The notes under the pieces are model-generated. The model was not told the DNA's origin. It searched no databases and worked only from the letters and a program-made list of their open reading frames with translations. From positions 7,392,001 to 7,456,000 of the forward strand of contig OY970303.1 of NCBI GenBank assembly GCA_963716255.1: a stretch of DNA of 64,000 nt, read 5' to 3'. A program made the position numbers and the translations under genes. Below are positions 9,612 through 18,884 of this stretch, piece by piece; positions within the stretch are counted from its first letter, which is position 1, and each line of letters opens with the position of its first letter. Source of the stretch: an uncultured Gemmatimonadales bacterium. Lineage in GTDB: Bacteria > Gemmatimonadota > Gemmatimonadetes > Longimicrobiales > Longimicrobiaceae.

Positions 9612-10001
9612 TCAGTCCGGACTGGTGGACACGTAGATCACCCCCTGCCCGTGGCCCAGCCCCCAGCGGGCGCTCGCGGTCATCCCGTCGTAGTAGCGCA
9701 CCCAGGAGATCGAGTTGACCTGGATCGCGCGCAGCGTCTCCACGCCCCCGAGCTGGTTGTCGTCGATGTACACCTGCACCTGGGTGGGGTTGGTGAAGCT
9801 GTCCGGGCCCTTGGCGCGCAGCCAGTTGGAGCGGAGCGCCTCCACCGCCGCGTAGACGGTGGTGTAGCCGCTCACGCGCAGCTGCTCCTGGGTGAGCAGG
9901 TTGCGGTCCTGCCGCGGCCCGGACGGCGAGGAGCTTCCCGCCGGCGCGCAGCCGGCGCACAGGGCGAGCAGGAGTACGAGAGTGCAGAGAAGCGGTCTCA
10001 T
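9612..10001 (-). CDS. Small lipoprotein consisting of a TonB-receptor plug-like domain
   Basis: Lipobox LCAGC; RNLLTQEQL, VYIDDNQLGG, ISWVRYY and ARWG..HGQGVIYVST resemble a plug domain; no barrel. Confidence 0.7.
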   Translation of the reverse strand: MRPLLCTLVLLLALCAGCAPAGSSSPSGPRQDRNLLTQEQLRVSGYTTVYAAVEALRSNWLRAKGPDSFTNPTQVQVYIDDNQLGGVETLRAIQVNSISWVRYYDGMTASARWGLGHGQGVIYVSTSPD

Positions 10002-10087
10002 GGGCGGCGCGCGGGTGGGGAGTGGAGGGCGTTCCGGCGAGGCGGGGCGGCCGAGCGGCACCGGCCCGTGCCCTCAAGTTAATTCGA

Positions 10088-10489
10088 TCACCTGCGGGCG
10101 GCGAGCGGCGCGAGCGCGCGGACGGCGAGGACGAGCGCGGCGAGCCACAGGAGGACGATGACCGCCGCCGCCGCCCAGCTCCGCGGCCGCTCCCCGACGC
10201 CCTCGCGGGCCCGCGCCAGGCACTCCTCCCACACGCCCGGCGGCACCAGCCGGCGCGCCAGCAGGAAGCCCAGCGGGAGGAGCACCAGGTCGTCCAGGTA
10301 GCCCAGGACGGGGATGGGGTCGGGGATCAGGTCGATGGGGCTGAGCGCGTAGGCCACCACCAGCCCGGCGACCGCCTTCGCGTACCAGGGGGTGCGGGGG
10401 TGCCGGGCGGCCAGGTACAGCGTGTCGCCGTACGTCTTCAGCTCGCGGGCCCGTTCCTTCCACCAGCGGAGGGTTCCGCGTGCGTCCAT
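10088..10489 (-). CDS. YkvA/DUF1232 family membrane protein
   Basis: HPRTPWYAK...YALSPIDLIPDPIPVLGYLDD signature. Confidence 0.92.
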   Translation of the reverse strand: MDARGTLRWWKERARELKTYGDTLYLAARHPRTPWYAKAVAGLVVAYALSPIDLIPDPIPVLGYLDDLVLLPLGFLLARRLVPPGVWEECLARAREGVGERPRSWAAAAVIVLLWLAALVLAVRALAPLAARR

Positions 10490-10537
10490 GGGGGCTTCGT
10501 TATTCGGGCACGGTGAACGGCAACGGCCCTGGACGGC

Positions 10538-10672
10538 GGGTGCGGGCGTGCCCCCGGCGGGCGCCGGGGTCGGGCTTCGGCTCCGTAGCAGACGAAACGA
10601 CCGTCTGCAACGGAGTCGAGCCCCGGCAAACTGCCGCCGGGTCTCACCCCTTCGGGCCGAAATCCCTCACGC
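10538..10672 (+). repeat. Repeat family A, copy 6 (followed by B-type hairpins to ~10765)
   Basis: Consensus match; inner stem GCAGACG/CGTCTGC with AAACGAC loop. Confidence 0.93.
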
Positions 10673-10785
10673 GGGTCTCGCGCTGGCGTCCGCTGGGGCC
10701 CCCCACCCCGGCGCTGCGCGCCACCCCTCCCCCGCAAGCGAGGGAGGGGCCCGGGGGGAGGGGGGGCGCCGGGGCCAGACCCCCC

Positions 10786-11448
10786 TCACTCGCCCGGCGG
10801 CGGGGCCAGGATCCGCAGCGCGCGCACCACACCGACGAGGACGCCGAACCCCCCGCCCACCATCACCCCGAAGATCGCCATCCAGAGCACCTGCGGGTCC
10901 AGGGTGTGGAGCGCGATCCCGCCGTCCAGGTCGGTCCCCGTCGCGAAGAGCCCGTAGCCCGCCCCCAGCACCCCGCCCAGGAAGGCGAACCCGAGCACCG
11001 ACCGCACCAGGGCGAAGAAGCTCCTCAGCAGCCGCAGGGCGAGGCTCGCCCCCCCGGCCGCGAGGTCGGGCGCGCGGCCGCTCATCTCCACGCGCAGTTC
11101 CCGTCCGTCGGGGCGCGCCGCCGGCGGGCTCCCGCCCACGGGCCGGCGGGGGCGGCGCGGCGGGGCCTCCGCCGGCGGACGGCGGTACGGCGGCGGCGCC
11201 TCGTACGGCGGCGGCGCGGCCGTGCGCGCGGGGGGCGGGGGCGGCGCGGGGCGGGGCGGGGGAGGCGCCGCACGGGCCGCCGCCTCCGCGGCGCAGGCCG
11301 GGCACGTCCGGCCCGGCAGCCAGCCCACCTCCGCGCCGTGGCGCGCGCACCAGAAACCAAGGTCGCCGCCGCACGCCTCGCACGGGCCCACGTGGGTGAG
11401 CGCGTGCTCCGTCCCGCAGACGGTGCACCGCTCCACGACGCGGCTCAA
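10786..11448 (-). CDS. Zinc-ribbon, Pro-rich, C-terminal membrane-anchored hypothetical protein
   Basis: TTG start overlaps the upstream TGA, after GGAGGAGG; CTVC..CEAC..CARH..CPAC; PPPPRPAPPPP linker; two hydrophobic helices. Confidence 0.75.
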   Translation of the reverse strand: MSRVVERCTVCGTEHALTHVGPCEACGGDLGFWCARHGAEVGWLPGRTCPACAAEAAARAAPPPPRPAPPPPPARTAAPPPYEAPPPYRRPPAEAPPRRPRRPVGGSPPAARPDGRELRVEMSGRAPDLAAGGASLALRLLRSFFALVRSVLGFAFLGGVLGAGYGLFATGTDLDGGIALHTLDPQVLWMAIFGVMVGGGFGVLVGVVRALRILAPPPGE

Positions 11449-12893
11449 ACGCCCTCCTCCGCGCCCGCGTCCGCTGCGGCGCCGGGCTCGGGGTACACCT
11501 CGCGCAGGAGCTCCGGGGGGATGAACAGCCGCCGGACCTCCGGGAGCTCGCCGCGCACCCGGCGCGCGATCACCGGCACGCGCTCGTACGGGCCGAACAC
11601 CTCGCGCGGCAGGCGGTGCGACAGGGTGTTGATGGTGAGCGCTGGGTGCGCCTCCCACCCCGGGTACACCGCGAAGCGCTCCTCCACGTGGTCGTGGCCG
11701 CGCAGCATGCGGCCCACCGGCCGCCCGGCGCCCGTGGCGACCTCGCAGAATGCGGCGAAGTCCTCGCGGCCGAACTCGCTCCCCCGCGTGGTGCGGTTGG
11801 GGATGCGCTTGCGGGCGCGCGGGTGCGCCCGCAGCCAGACGAAGTCCTGCAGCACGCGCGGGTCGTTCCAGTCGCCGCCCTCGGCGAGCATGGCGTGCAG
11901 GTCGGTGTGCGGGACGCCGCCGTGCGCCACCAGCAGCCCGTCCGGGAAGAAGAGCGCCCGCGGCGCCCGCGCGAAGAAGCGCTCGACCAGCCGCCCCAGC
12001 CGCTCCGCCCAGGGGTGGCCGGGGTTGGCGTTCAGCCAGTCGGTGAAGTCGGAGGGGAGCACGGTGGACTGGAAGCGCCCGTCCCGGTAGACGAGCGCTT
12101 CGTCGTGGTTGCCGGCGAGGACGGTGACGCGCATGGGGCCGTCCAGCAGCAGCTCGAAGACGCGCAGCACCACCTCGGCGGCGTGCGCGCCGTCGTCGAA
12201 CAGGTCGCCCAGGAAGACGATGCACGCGTCCGCGCCGCCGCCGCTCCGGTCGATGTGCTGGAGCGTCGTCTCCAGCGCCAGCAGGTCGCCGTGCAGGTCG
12301 CCCACGAACCACACCTCGCCCACCGGCCGGTCCTCGCCCAGCCGGATCGCCAGGTCGCCCGGCCCGGCGGCGTACTCCTCGAAGGCCAGCCCCAGCGGAC
12401 CGCCCCCCGCCAGCCGCTCCTCCATGCGCGCGAGGATGCGCTCGGCGCGCTCCCCGGAGACCGGGCTCGCGACGGCGGCGCGCACGGCGTCCCAGTCCAG
12501 GTCCCGCACCTCCAGCACGCTCAGCCCCGCCGGGGCCGACGACTCGGCCGCGGGCGCCGCGGCGGGCGCGGCGGACGCCAGGGCCTCCTCGATCGGCGCG
12601 GCCTCCGCCGGCAGCGGGGGCGGGGACGTCCCGGCCGCGGGATCCGTCCCGCCACCTGCCGCTACGGCTCCCGAGTCGTCGCCGCCCGTCACCTCGCCAT
12701 CCGTCGGCTCACCGTCCGGATCGTCGCCCGCCGTCTCGCCACCGTCCGGATCGTCGCCCGCCGGCGCCCCGCCCGCCGTCTCCGCGTCGGTGGAGGCGGC
12801 CGCCTCGGCCGGGGCGCCGCCCTCCGCCGGGGGTTCCTGCGGCGCGCCGTCTCCCGGTCCCGGGGCGAGCTCGGGATCCCTGCTCTCCGTCAC
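11445..12893 (-). CDS. Calcineurin-like (PPP-type) metallophosphoesterase with acidic disordered N-terminus
   Basis: GDLHGD, GDLFDDG, GNHDE, HGG and RGHDH motifs; GTG start overlaps the upstream stop (GTGA). Confidence 0.88.
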   Translation of the reverse strand: MTESRDPELAPGPGDGAPQEPPAEGGAPAEAAASTDAETAGGAPAGDDPDGGETAGDDPDGEPTDGEVTGGDDSGAVAAGGGTDPAAGTSPPPLPAEAAPIEEALASAAPAAAPAAESSAPAGLSVLEVRDLDWDAVRAAVASPVSGERAERILARMEERLAGGGPLGLAFEEYAAGPGDLAIRLGEDRPVGEVWFVGDLHGDLLALETTLQHIDRSGGGADACIVFLGDLFDDGAHAAEVVLRVFELLLDGPMRVTVLAGNHDEALVYRDGRFQSTVLPSDFTDWLNANPGHPWAERLGRLVERFFARAPRALFFPDGLLVAHGGVPHTDLHAMLAEGGDWNDPRVLQDFVWLRAHPRARKRIPNRTTRGSEFGREDFAAFCEVATGAGRPVGRMLRGHDHVEERFAVYPGWEAHPALTINTLSHRLPREVFGPYERVPVIARRVRGELPEVRRLFIPPELLREVYPEPGAAADAGAEEGV

Positions 12894-13279
12894 GTCTCGT
12901 TCTCCACGCGCAGCCGCAGCCGCGTCGGGCCGATGGTGAGCACCGCTCCGGCCTCCACCGGCGCCGGGGCGTCGCCCAGCGCGGCGCCGTTCAGGAAGGT
13001 GGGGTTCCGGCTTCCCGGGGCGGGCGCGACGGTCCAGCCGCCCCGCGCCGGGTCGCGCGCCAGCAGGAACTGGGGCTCGCCTGCGTACACGTGGTCGTCC
13101 CCCGCGAAGGTGGACAGCAATTGCTTGCCGATGGCGGTGTCCACCCCCACGCTCAGCCGCTTCGCCGTCGCCTCGGCCACCAGCACCAGCCTCCCGGAGC
13201 GGGTGAAGCCGCACGCCTCGCAGCGCAGCACGGCCCCGTCCTCGTGGACGAAGCCGCACTGCGGGCACTTCCACGCCAC
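12890..13279 (-). CDS. Zinc ribbon + FHA-like domain protein
   Basis: WKCPQCG...RCEACG, then AIGKQ...SRNPTFLNGAAL...GAVLTIG (FHA-like beta pattern). Confidence 0.8.
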   Translation of the reverse strand: MAWKCPQCGFVHEDGAVLRCEACGFTRSGRLVLVAEATAKRLSVGVDTAIGKQLLSTFAGDDHVYAGEPQFLLARDPARGGWTVAPAPGSRNPTFLNGAALGDAPAPVEAGAVLTIGPTRLRLRVENET

Positions 13280-13286
13280 GCGCGCC

Positions 13287-14498
13287 TCAGCCCGCCCGGA
13301 CGGTGAGCGGGAGCTTCGAGATGCCCTTTTCCGCGCGCCCCACGGCGATCACGTCGCCCTCGCGCAGCGGGCGCGGCTCCGTGACGGCCTGGCCGTTGAG
13401 CAGCGTCTCGTTGGTGGTCCCCGCCTGCGGCACCAGCTGCCAGGCGCCGTCCGTGCCGCGCTCCACGGTGCACTGCTCCGTGTCCCACACGTTGAAGTCC
13501 TCGCCGAACTGGCGGACCATGTGCTTCCCCAGCGGCGTCCGCACGCCCACGCTGATGGAGTGCCCCGACTCCCCCACGAGCTGGATCCGGTCCGCCTTCA
13601 GCGCCTCGCCGGCCGCTCCCACCGCGTCCGCCGGCGCGGCCTCCGCCGACACCGCGTCCGTCGCCACGGCTCCGGTGGATGTCCCGTCGGTCGCAGCCGC
13701 GTCGGAAGATGCCATGTCCGCCGACACCGCGTCGGTGGATGGCGCGTCCGCGGATGTCGTCTCCACGCCGGCCGCCGCCGTTTCGGTAGATGCCGCGTCG
13801 GTAGATGCCGCGTCCGTGGACGCCGTCTCCGCCGACACTCCGTCCGTCGTTTCCGCGCCGGTCGGCGCCACACCGGCCGTCCCCGCCTCCGCCGTGGCCG
13901 AGCCGGATTCCGGAGTCGCCGCGGGCGGCGTGTCGGGCAGCGTGCCGCTCGGCGGAGCGAGCGCCTCGTCCACCGCGGCAGGCGCGTCCGCGGACGCCGC
14001 AGGATCCGTCGCCGCGCCGGCGGCCGGCATCTCCAGCGTCACGTCCCCGGAGTCCGTCGGCGTTCCGGCCGTCTCGGCTCCGGCGACGGCGGGGGGCGCC
14101 GAGCCTCCCATCGAGTCTGCGGCCGTCGAGGTTTCCGTGCTGGCTCCCACCTCGGGCGGGGTCAGCGGCAGGTCCTCCTCCGCCGCGGCGGCCGGCACCT
14201 CAGCGTCACCTCCGGCGGCCGGATCCGCCGGCATGGCCGGATCCGTCGGGTGCGGAGTCGCCGCCGCCTCTCCCGGTCCGGCCGTCGCGGCCGCAGCCGT
14301 CGCCGCCGTGGGGTCCACGGGCCTCGGGCCCGCCGACGCCATTCCGTCCGAGGCCATCGATTCCGTCGATGCCGTGGTCCCGGCCGATTCCGAAGCCGCG
14401 CCGGCGGTGGTGGAGGCCGTGTCGGCCGCGGGGGCGTCGCCCTGCGGTGCCGCCGTTTCTCCGGGCTGCGAGCCCGGCTCCCTGGTGCTCTCGGTCAC
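13287..14498 (-). CDS. FHA-like domain protein with ~300-aa acidic Ala/Thr/Ser-rich low-complexity N-terminus
   Basis: C-terminal TTNETLLNG...LREGDVIAVG; N-terminus has TDAAS/TETAA-type 5-aa repeats. Confidence 0.8.
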   Translation of the reverse strand: MTESTREPGSQPGETAAPQGDAPAADTASTTAGAASESAGTTASTESMASDGMASAGPRPVDPTAATAAAATAGPGEAAATPHPTDPAMPADPAAGGDAEVPAAAAEEDLPLTPPEVGASTETSTAADSMGGSAPPAVAGAETAGTPTDSGDVTLEMPAAGAATDPAASADAPAAVDEALAPPSGTLPDTPPAATPESGSATAEAGTAGVAPTGAETTDGVSAETASTDAASTDAASTETAAAGVETTSADAPSTDAVSADMASSDAAATDGTSTGAVATDAVSAEAAPADAVGAAGEALKADRIQLVGESGHSISVGVRTPLGKHMVRQFGEDFNVWDTEQCTVERGTDGAWQLVPQAGTTNETLLNGQAVTEPRPLREGDVIAVGRAEKGISKLPLTVRAG

Positions 14499-14513
14499 GT
14501 CGTTCCTCCGGTT

Positions 14514-15932
14514 TCAGCCCGCGCGGGCGGTGAGCGGCAATTTCGCGATTCCCTTGGCGGCGCGGCCCACCGCGATCACGTCGCCCTCGCGGAGCGGGCG
14601 CGCCTCGGTCACGGCCTGGCCGTTGAGCAGCGTCTCGTTGGTGGTCCCCGGCCTCGGCACCAGCCGCCAGGCGCCGTCCTGCCCGCGCTCCACCGTGCAC
14701 TGCTCGGCGTCCCACACGTTGGCGTCCTCGCCGAACTGCCGCACGATGTGCTTTCCCAGAGGCGTGCGCACGCCCACGCTGATGGCGTGCCCGGTCTCGC
14801 CCACCAGCCGGATGCGCTCCGAGCGCAGCACGGCGCCCCCGCCTGACGGCGCGGCGGCGGGCGCGGCCCGGGGAGCCGGCTCCATCGGGGCGGGGGCAGG
14901 CGGTGCGGCCGGTGGCGTCGCCACGCGCGGAGGCGCGGGCGGCGCCGGTACCGACGTCGGAGCCGCAGGCGCGGCGGCCGGAGCCGGCGCGGACGGCGCG
15001 GCGACCTTCGCCGCCGCGGGGCGCCCGGTGAGCACGTCGCGCACCTCCGCCGCGGTGGGGCGGTCCTCCGGGCGCGGCGCCAGGCAGCGGTGCAGCACCT
15101 CCGCCACCGCCTCGTTGCTGGCCGGCCCCGGCATCACCCCGCCCAGCACCGGCCGCTCCGCCGCGTGCCCCAGCGCCAGGCGGGCGTACTCCGACTGGTC
15201 CTCCGACCAGTACGGGTGCCGCCCCGCCAGGAGCTGGTACAGGATCAGCCCGCTGGTGAACACGTCCGACGCCGTTCCGGGAACCGCCCCCCTGGTGAAG
15301 TGCTCCGGCGAGCGGAAGTTGTCGGTCCCCACGTACCCCTGGTGCCCGTGCCAGGGCGCCGGTTCGTCGGTGAGAACCGAAAAGTCCAGGTCGATCAGCT
15401 TTAGCTGGAAGCCCGCCGCGATGGAGCGGTCCTCGATCAGGTAGGCGTTCTCCGGCTTCAGGTCCGCGTGGGCGATCTTCACCGCGTGCAGCGTGTTGAT
15501 CCCCGACATGAACACCTTGGCCCAGATCACGTGCTGCTCCCAGGTGCGTGCCGGGAAGGGGACGGGGAGGGAGCGCCCGCCGTGCTCCGCCCGCTCCCGC
15601 TCGAAGATCCCGGCCAGGTCCGCGCCGTTCTCCACGAACTCGAACACCTGGAAGTAGTTGCGCCCGCCCCACACCGCCTCGAACGCGTCCGTGGCGCGCA
15701 CGCAGTAGTTGCGGGCCGGGCCCGCCTCGATGCGGCGGTGCAGCTCCCGCTGGTAGCGCACGTAGTCGCGGTACCACTCCACCGTCACGGCGGGCGACTT
15801 GTACTGCTTGAAGAACACCTTCTGCCCGGACGGGCTCCGGGCGGCGTACGAGATCGCCATGGCCCCGGGCCCGAACACGCGGGTGATCCGGTAGCCGTTG
15901 ATCTCGTCGCCCTCCTTGAGCTTCTTCGCCAT
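14514..15932 (-). CDS. Ser/Thr protein kinase (non-RD) with C-terminal FHA-like domain
   Basis: GPGAMA loop, FFKQY, HADLKPEN, IDLDFS, GTDNFRSPEH and SDVFTSG; Pro/Ala linker; FHA-like C-terminus. Confidence 0.92.
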   Translation of the reverse strand: MAKKLKEGDEINGYRITRVFGPGAMAISYAARSPSGQKVFFKQYKSPAVTVEWYRDYVRYQRELHRRIEAGPARNYCVRATDAFEAVWGGRNYFQVFEFVENGADLAGIFERERAEHGGRSLPVPFPARTWEQHVIWAKVFMSGINTLHAVKIAHADLKPENAYLIEDRSIAAGFQLKLIDLDFSVLTDEPAPWHGHQGYVGTDNFRSPEHFTRGAVPGTASDVFTSGLILYQLLAGRHPYWSEDQSEYARLALGHAAERPVLGGVMPGPASNEAVAEVLHRCLAPRPEDRPTAAEVRDVLTGRPAAAKVAAPSAPAPAAAPAAPTSVPAPPAPPRVATPPAAPPAPAPMEPAPRAAPAAAPSGGGAVLRSERIRLVGETGHAISVGVRTPLGKHIVRQFGEDANVWDAEQCTVERGQDGAWRLVPRPGTTNETLLNGQAVTEARPLREGDVIAVGRAAKGIAKLPLTARAG

Positions 15933-15965
15933 GGCGCGTGCTCGGCGTGCGGGGGGCCGCCGCGC

Positions 15966-16688
15966 CTACAGCGGTACGGTCTCCGCCGACTTGGACACGC
16001 TCGCGGCCAGCTGGCGGAGCGTGTTCTTGAAGTTGGCGGGGTCCGAGGTGAACTTGACCAGCGCCTCCTGCGGGCCCATCCCCGGGTAGGAGATCGCCTC
16101 CCACTCCGACTTGTCGATCTGGCTCAGCTCGTCGTAGCCCGGCATGTCCGGCGCGAACAGGCTGAGGATGACGCGGTTGTTGATGACCGCGTTGACCACG
16201 TCCTGGATCCCGCCCCCCGCGGCCTCGGGGATGGTCATTGTGGGCCTGTACGACGCGTCGGTGAACACCACCACCACCCGGGCCGCGTCGCTGCGGTAGC
16301 GCCACTTCGCCGGGTCCAGGCTCTGCGCGCCCTTTTCCGTCTGCCCCGCGTTGCTCACCCGGAAGAGCGCGTCCAGCAGCGACTCCGGCTCGTCGTGTCC
16401 GCCCTCCGCCCGCAGCCCGGCGAGCTGGGCGCGCAGCGCCTCCACGTCGGTCACGAACGGGTTGTCGATGAAGGGCTCCGGATCGTGCTCGAAGTCGCGG
16501 TAGCCCACCGCGCGGGCGCGCCAGTCGCGCACCGGCGACACGTTGTTGCCCTCGCCCGCGCTCAGCGACTCCACGAAGGTGCCGATGTTCGCCTTGAGCG
16601 CGTCGATGGCGGGGGCCATGCTCCCCGACACGTCGATCAGGAAGACGATGTCGGCGACCCCGCGGGTCTTGGTCTGCTGCTGGTCCAT
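15966..16688 (-). CDS. von Willebrand factor A (vWA) domain protein
   Basis: DIVFLIDVSGSM MIDAS motif, GGHDEPESLLDAL and VVVFTDA; ATG at 16688. Confidence 0.92.
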   Translation of the reverse strand: MDQQQTKTRGVADIVFLIDVSGSMAPAIDALKANIGTFVESLSAGEGNNVSPVRDWRARAVGYRDFEHDPEPFIDNPFVTDVEALRAQLAGLRAEGGHDEPESLLDALFRVSNAGQTEKGAQSLDPAKWRYRSDAARVVVVFTDASYRPTMTIPEAAGGGIQDVVNAVINNRVILSLFAPDMPGYDELSQIDKSEWEAISYPGMGPQEALVKFTSDPANFKNTLRQLAASVSKSAETVPL

Positions 16689-16855
16689 GCGGTTGCCCTG
16701 GCGTCGGAGTCCGTTGCTGTCCCGCTCTCTCCACGAAAGCCGCGCCCCATGCAGGATCCGGTCCGCGTGGCGCCGGGAGGCGCCCCCCGGAACGCAGACC
16801 GCCGCGGGCGCATGGCGCGCCCGCGGCGGGTGTGGAGGACCTGCCCGGCGGCCCC

Positions 16856-18853
16856 TCACCTCGTACGCACCACCGTCACCGAAAGGGCGGCCGGCGGCGC
16901 GGTGCCGCCCGAGGTGATGCGCAGCTCGCCGCGGCCTCCCGCGGGCACCCCCAGGCGGAAGAACGACCCGCCGCCCGCCACCAGCGTCACCGAGACCGGC
17001 GTGGCCTCCACGAGCCTGCGGGTGCGCAGCGGGTAGGCGCCGGAGGAGGACAGCGCCCCGAAGATGTCTCGGAAGTTCCAGCTCGGCTGCTGGAACTGCG
17101 GGTACGCGGCGGCCGTCAGGTCGTCGGTGTACACCGACACCGTCCAGTCGCGCGCCCACTCCAGGGGCTCGGCTCCCAGCACCGCGCGCAGGTTGGCGAT
17201 CCCGCGGAGGTTGGAGTTCACCAGCCGGTTCCAGGTGAGCGACTGGTCGCCGCCGCGGCGGTCCGCGGCGTAGCGCAGGTATGCCCACGCCGCCCCGCGG
17301 GTGGCCAGCTCGTCGTCCTGCCCGTAGGGCGAGAAGCCCTCCGGGTCCGCCAGGTACACGGCGAACCGCCCGAAGTTGGCGGAGCCGTAGCTGTTGAACG
17401 CCACCCGCGCCCGCTCCGTCGAGCGGATTGCGTTCGCCGTCAGGTTCTGCCGCGGCGCCAGCCCCGACGCGCGGTAGAAGACCAGCTCCTCGGCGATGTG
17501 GCTCAGCCCCTCGTTCAGCCACACCTCCTCGTCGTAGTTCTCCGTCCCCAGCACGTACAACCGCCGCGCCGCGCTGATCAGGTGCTGGAACTCGTGGGCC
17601 ACGGTCCCCACCGTGCTTTCCAGCACGAAGTCCTTGCTGAACCGGTTGCCGTTGATCTGCCCGGTGGGGTCCGGCGCCAGCAGGTAGAAGAGCTCGCCGT
17701 AGTTGCTCCCGGCGCACCCCTCGAAGTCCTCGGTTTCGGCCTTCGGGAACAGGTCGCGCGCGTAGAAGAAGCCGCCCACGTACCCGTCCTCGGCGTCCTC
17801 GGTCAGCGCGTTGACCGCCCGGGTGAAGAACAGGATCGTGCGGCCGTTGGCGTCGATGTCCGTGGGCTCGCCGAAGTTCTGCGTGTCCACCGGGTACACC
17901 AGCGTGTCGAAGGCCAGCCCCACCTCGCGGAACTCCGCGTCCGTGAACCCGCCCGAGGGGTTTGCCGTGTCGGTCACCACGATGGCGCGGCTGGTGACCG
18001 CGGCGACCCGCCCCACCCGGTCGTTGGGCGCGTCGCACGCCTCGATGGAGGCGTTCAGGGCGAGGAGCGACCCCACCGCCGGGGCATCCGCCAGCGCCAG
18101 GCTGGCGCGGAAGCCGCCGCGCTTACGCGCCGCCGCCCGCGCGGCCGGGACGAAGCCCGCCAGGGCCGCGCGCTCCCGCGCGCGCAGCGCCGACTCCCAC
18201 GCCAGGTCGCGCGGCCGCGCGCCGGAGGCGCCCTCCAGCGCCGCCGCCCACGGGGCCACGGCGCGCGAAGCGCTCGCCGCCGCGGCGTCCGCCGCGACGC
18301 TCGCGATGCCGCTCCCCTGCACGGCGAGCGTCATCCGCCCCGCCGCCCGGCCGTTGAAGGCCACCACCGTGAACTCCCCGCCGCCGGCGGGCCCCTGCAG
18401 GCACGCCACCCCCGCGGCGTCCAGCGTCACCGCGGCCGCCTCGCCCACCGCCAGCGACAGCGCCGCGGCCGGCGCCTGGCACGCCGCCGACACGGCCGCC
18501 GCCACCGTGACCGACACCGAGTCGGACACCCCCTCCACCGATGCGACGATCCACGCCTGCCCCGCCGCGAGCGCGGCCACGCGCCCCGCCTGGGTGACGC
18601 TGGCCACCGTCGGCGCGGTGCTCCGCCAGGACACGGGGCGGTCCGTCACCGTGTTCCCGGCGGCGTTCACCAGGGTGATGGAAAGGGTGAGCGTGTCCCC
18701 CACCCTCAGGGGGGCGGCGGGCGCCCCCCCGATGTTCAGGTCGGCCACCGGGCTGGGCCCGGTGGAGTCGCTGCACGCGGCGGCCGCGAGCAGCGCAAGG
18801 CAGGCCAGCGCCGCCCCGCCCATCCGCCCCGCCGGTCCGGTCCGGTTTCGCAT
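16856..18853 (-). CDS. Lipoprotein with Ig-like (Big_2) domain and HExxH zinc metallopeptidase domain
   Basis: Lipobox LAAAAC; VSWRSTAPTVASV Ig-like motif; TVAHEFQHLI and WLNEGLSHIAEE. Confidence 0.85.
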   Translation of the reverse strand: MRNRTGPAGRMGGAALACLALLAAAACSDSTGPSPVADLNIGGAPAAPLRVGDTLTLSITLVNAAGNTVTDRPVSWRSTAPTVASVTQAGRVAALAAGQAWIVASVEGVSDSVSVTVAAAVSAACQAPAAALSLAVGEAAAVTLDAAGVACLQGPAGGGEFTVVAFNGRAAGRMTLAVQGSGIASVAADAAAASASRAVAPWAAALEGASGARPRDLAWESALRARERAALAGFVPAARAAARKRGGFRASLALADAPAVGSLLALNASIEACDAPNDRVGRVAAVTSRAIVVTDTANPSGGFTDAEFREVGLAFDTLVYPVDTQNFGEPTDIDANGRTILFFTRAVNALTEDAEDGYVGGFFYARDLFPKAETEDFEGCAGSNYGELFYLLAPDPTGQINGNRFSKDFVLESTVGTVAHEFQHLISAARRLYVLGTENYDEEVWLNEGLSHIAEELVFYRASGLAPRQNLTANAIRSTERARVAFNSYGSANFGRFAVYLADPEGFSPYGQDDELATRGAAWAYLRYAADRRGGDQSLTWNRLVNSNLRGIANLRAVLGAEPLEWARDWTVSVYTDDLTAAAYPQFQQPSWNFRDIFGALSSSGAYPLRTRRLVEATPVSVTLVAGGGSFFRLGVPAGGRGELRITSGGTAPPAALSVTVVRTR

Positions 18854-18884
18854 CGAGAGCTCTCCTTTCACGTGTCTGGCCGGC

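Noticed and set aside
16750..16765. Possible sigma54 promoter CGGACCGGATCCTGCA upstream of the vWA operon
   Set aside because: GG-N10-GC spacing is right but the match is otherwise weak and expected by chance at this GC content.
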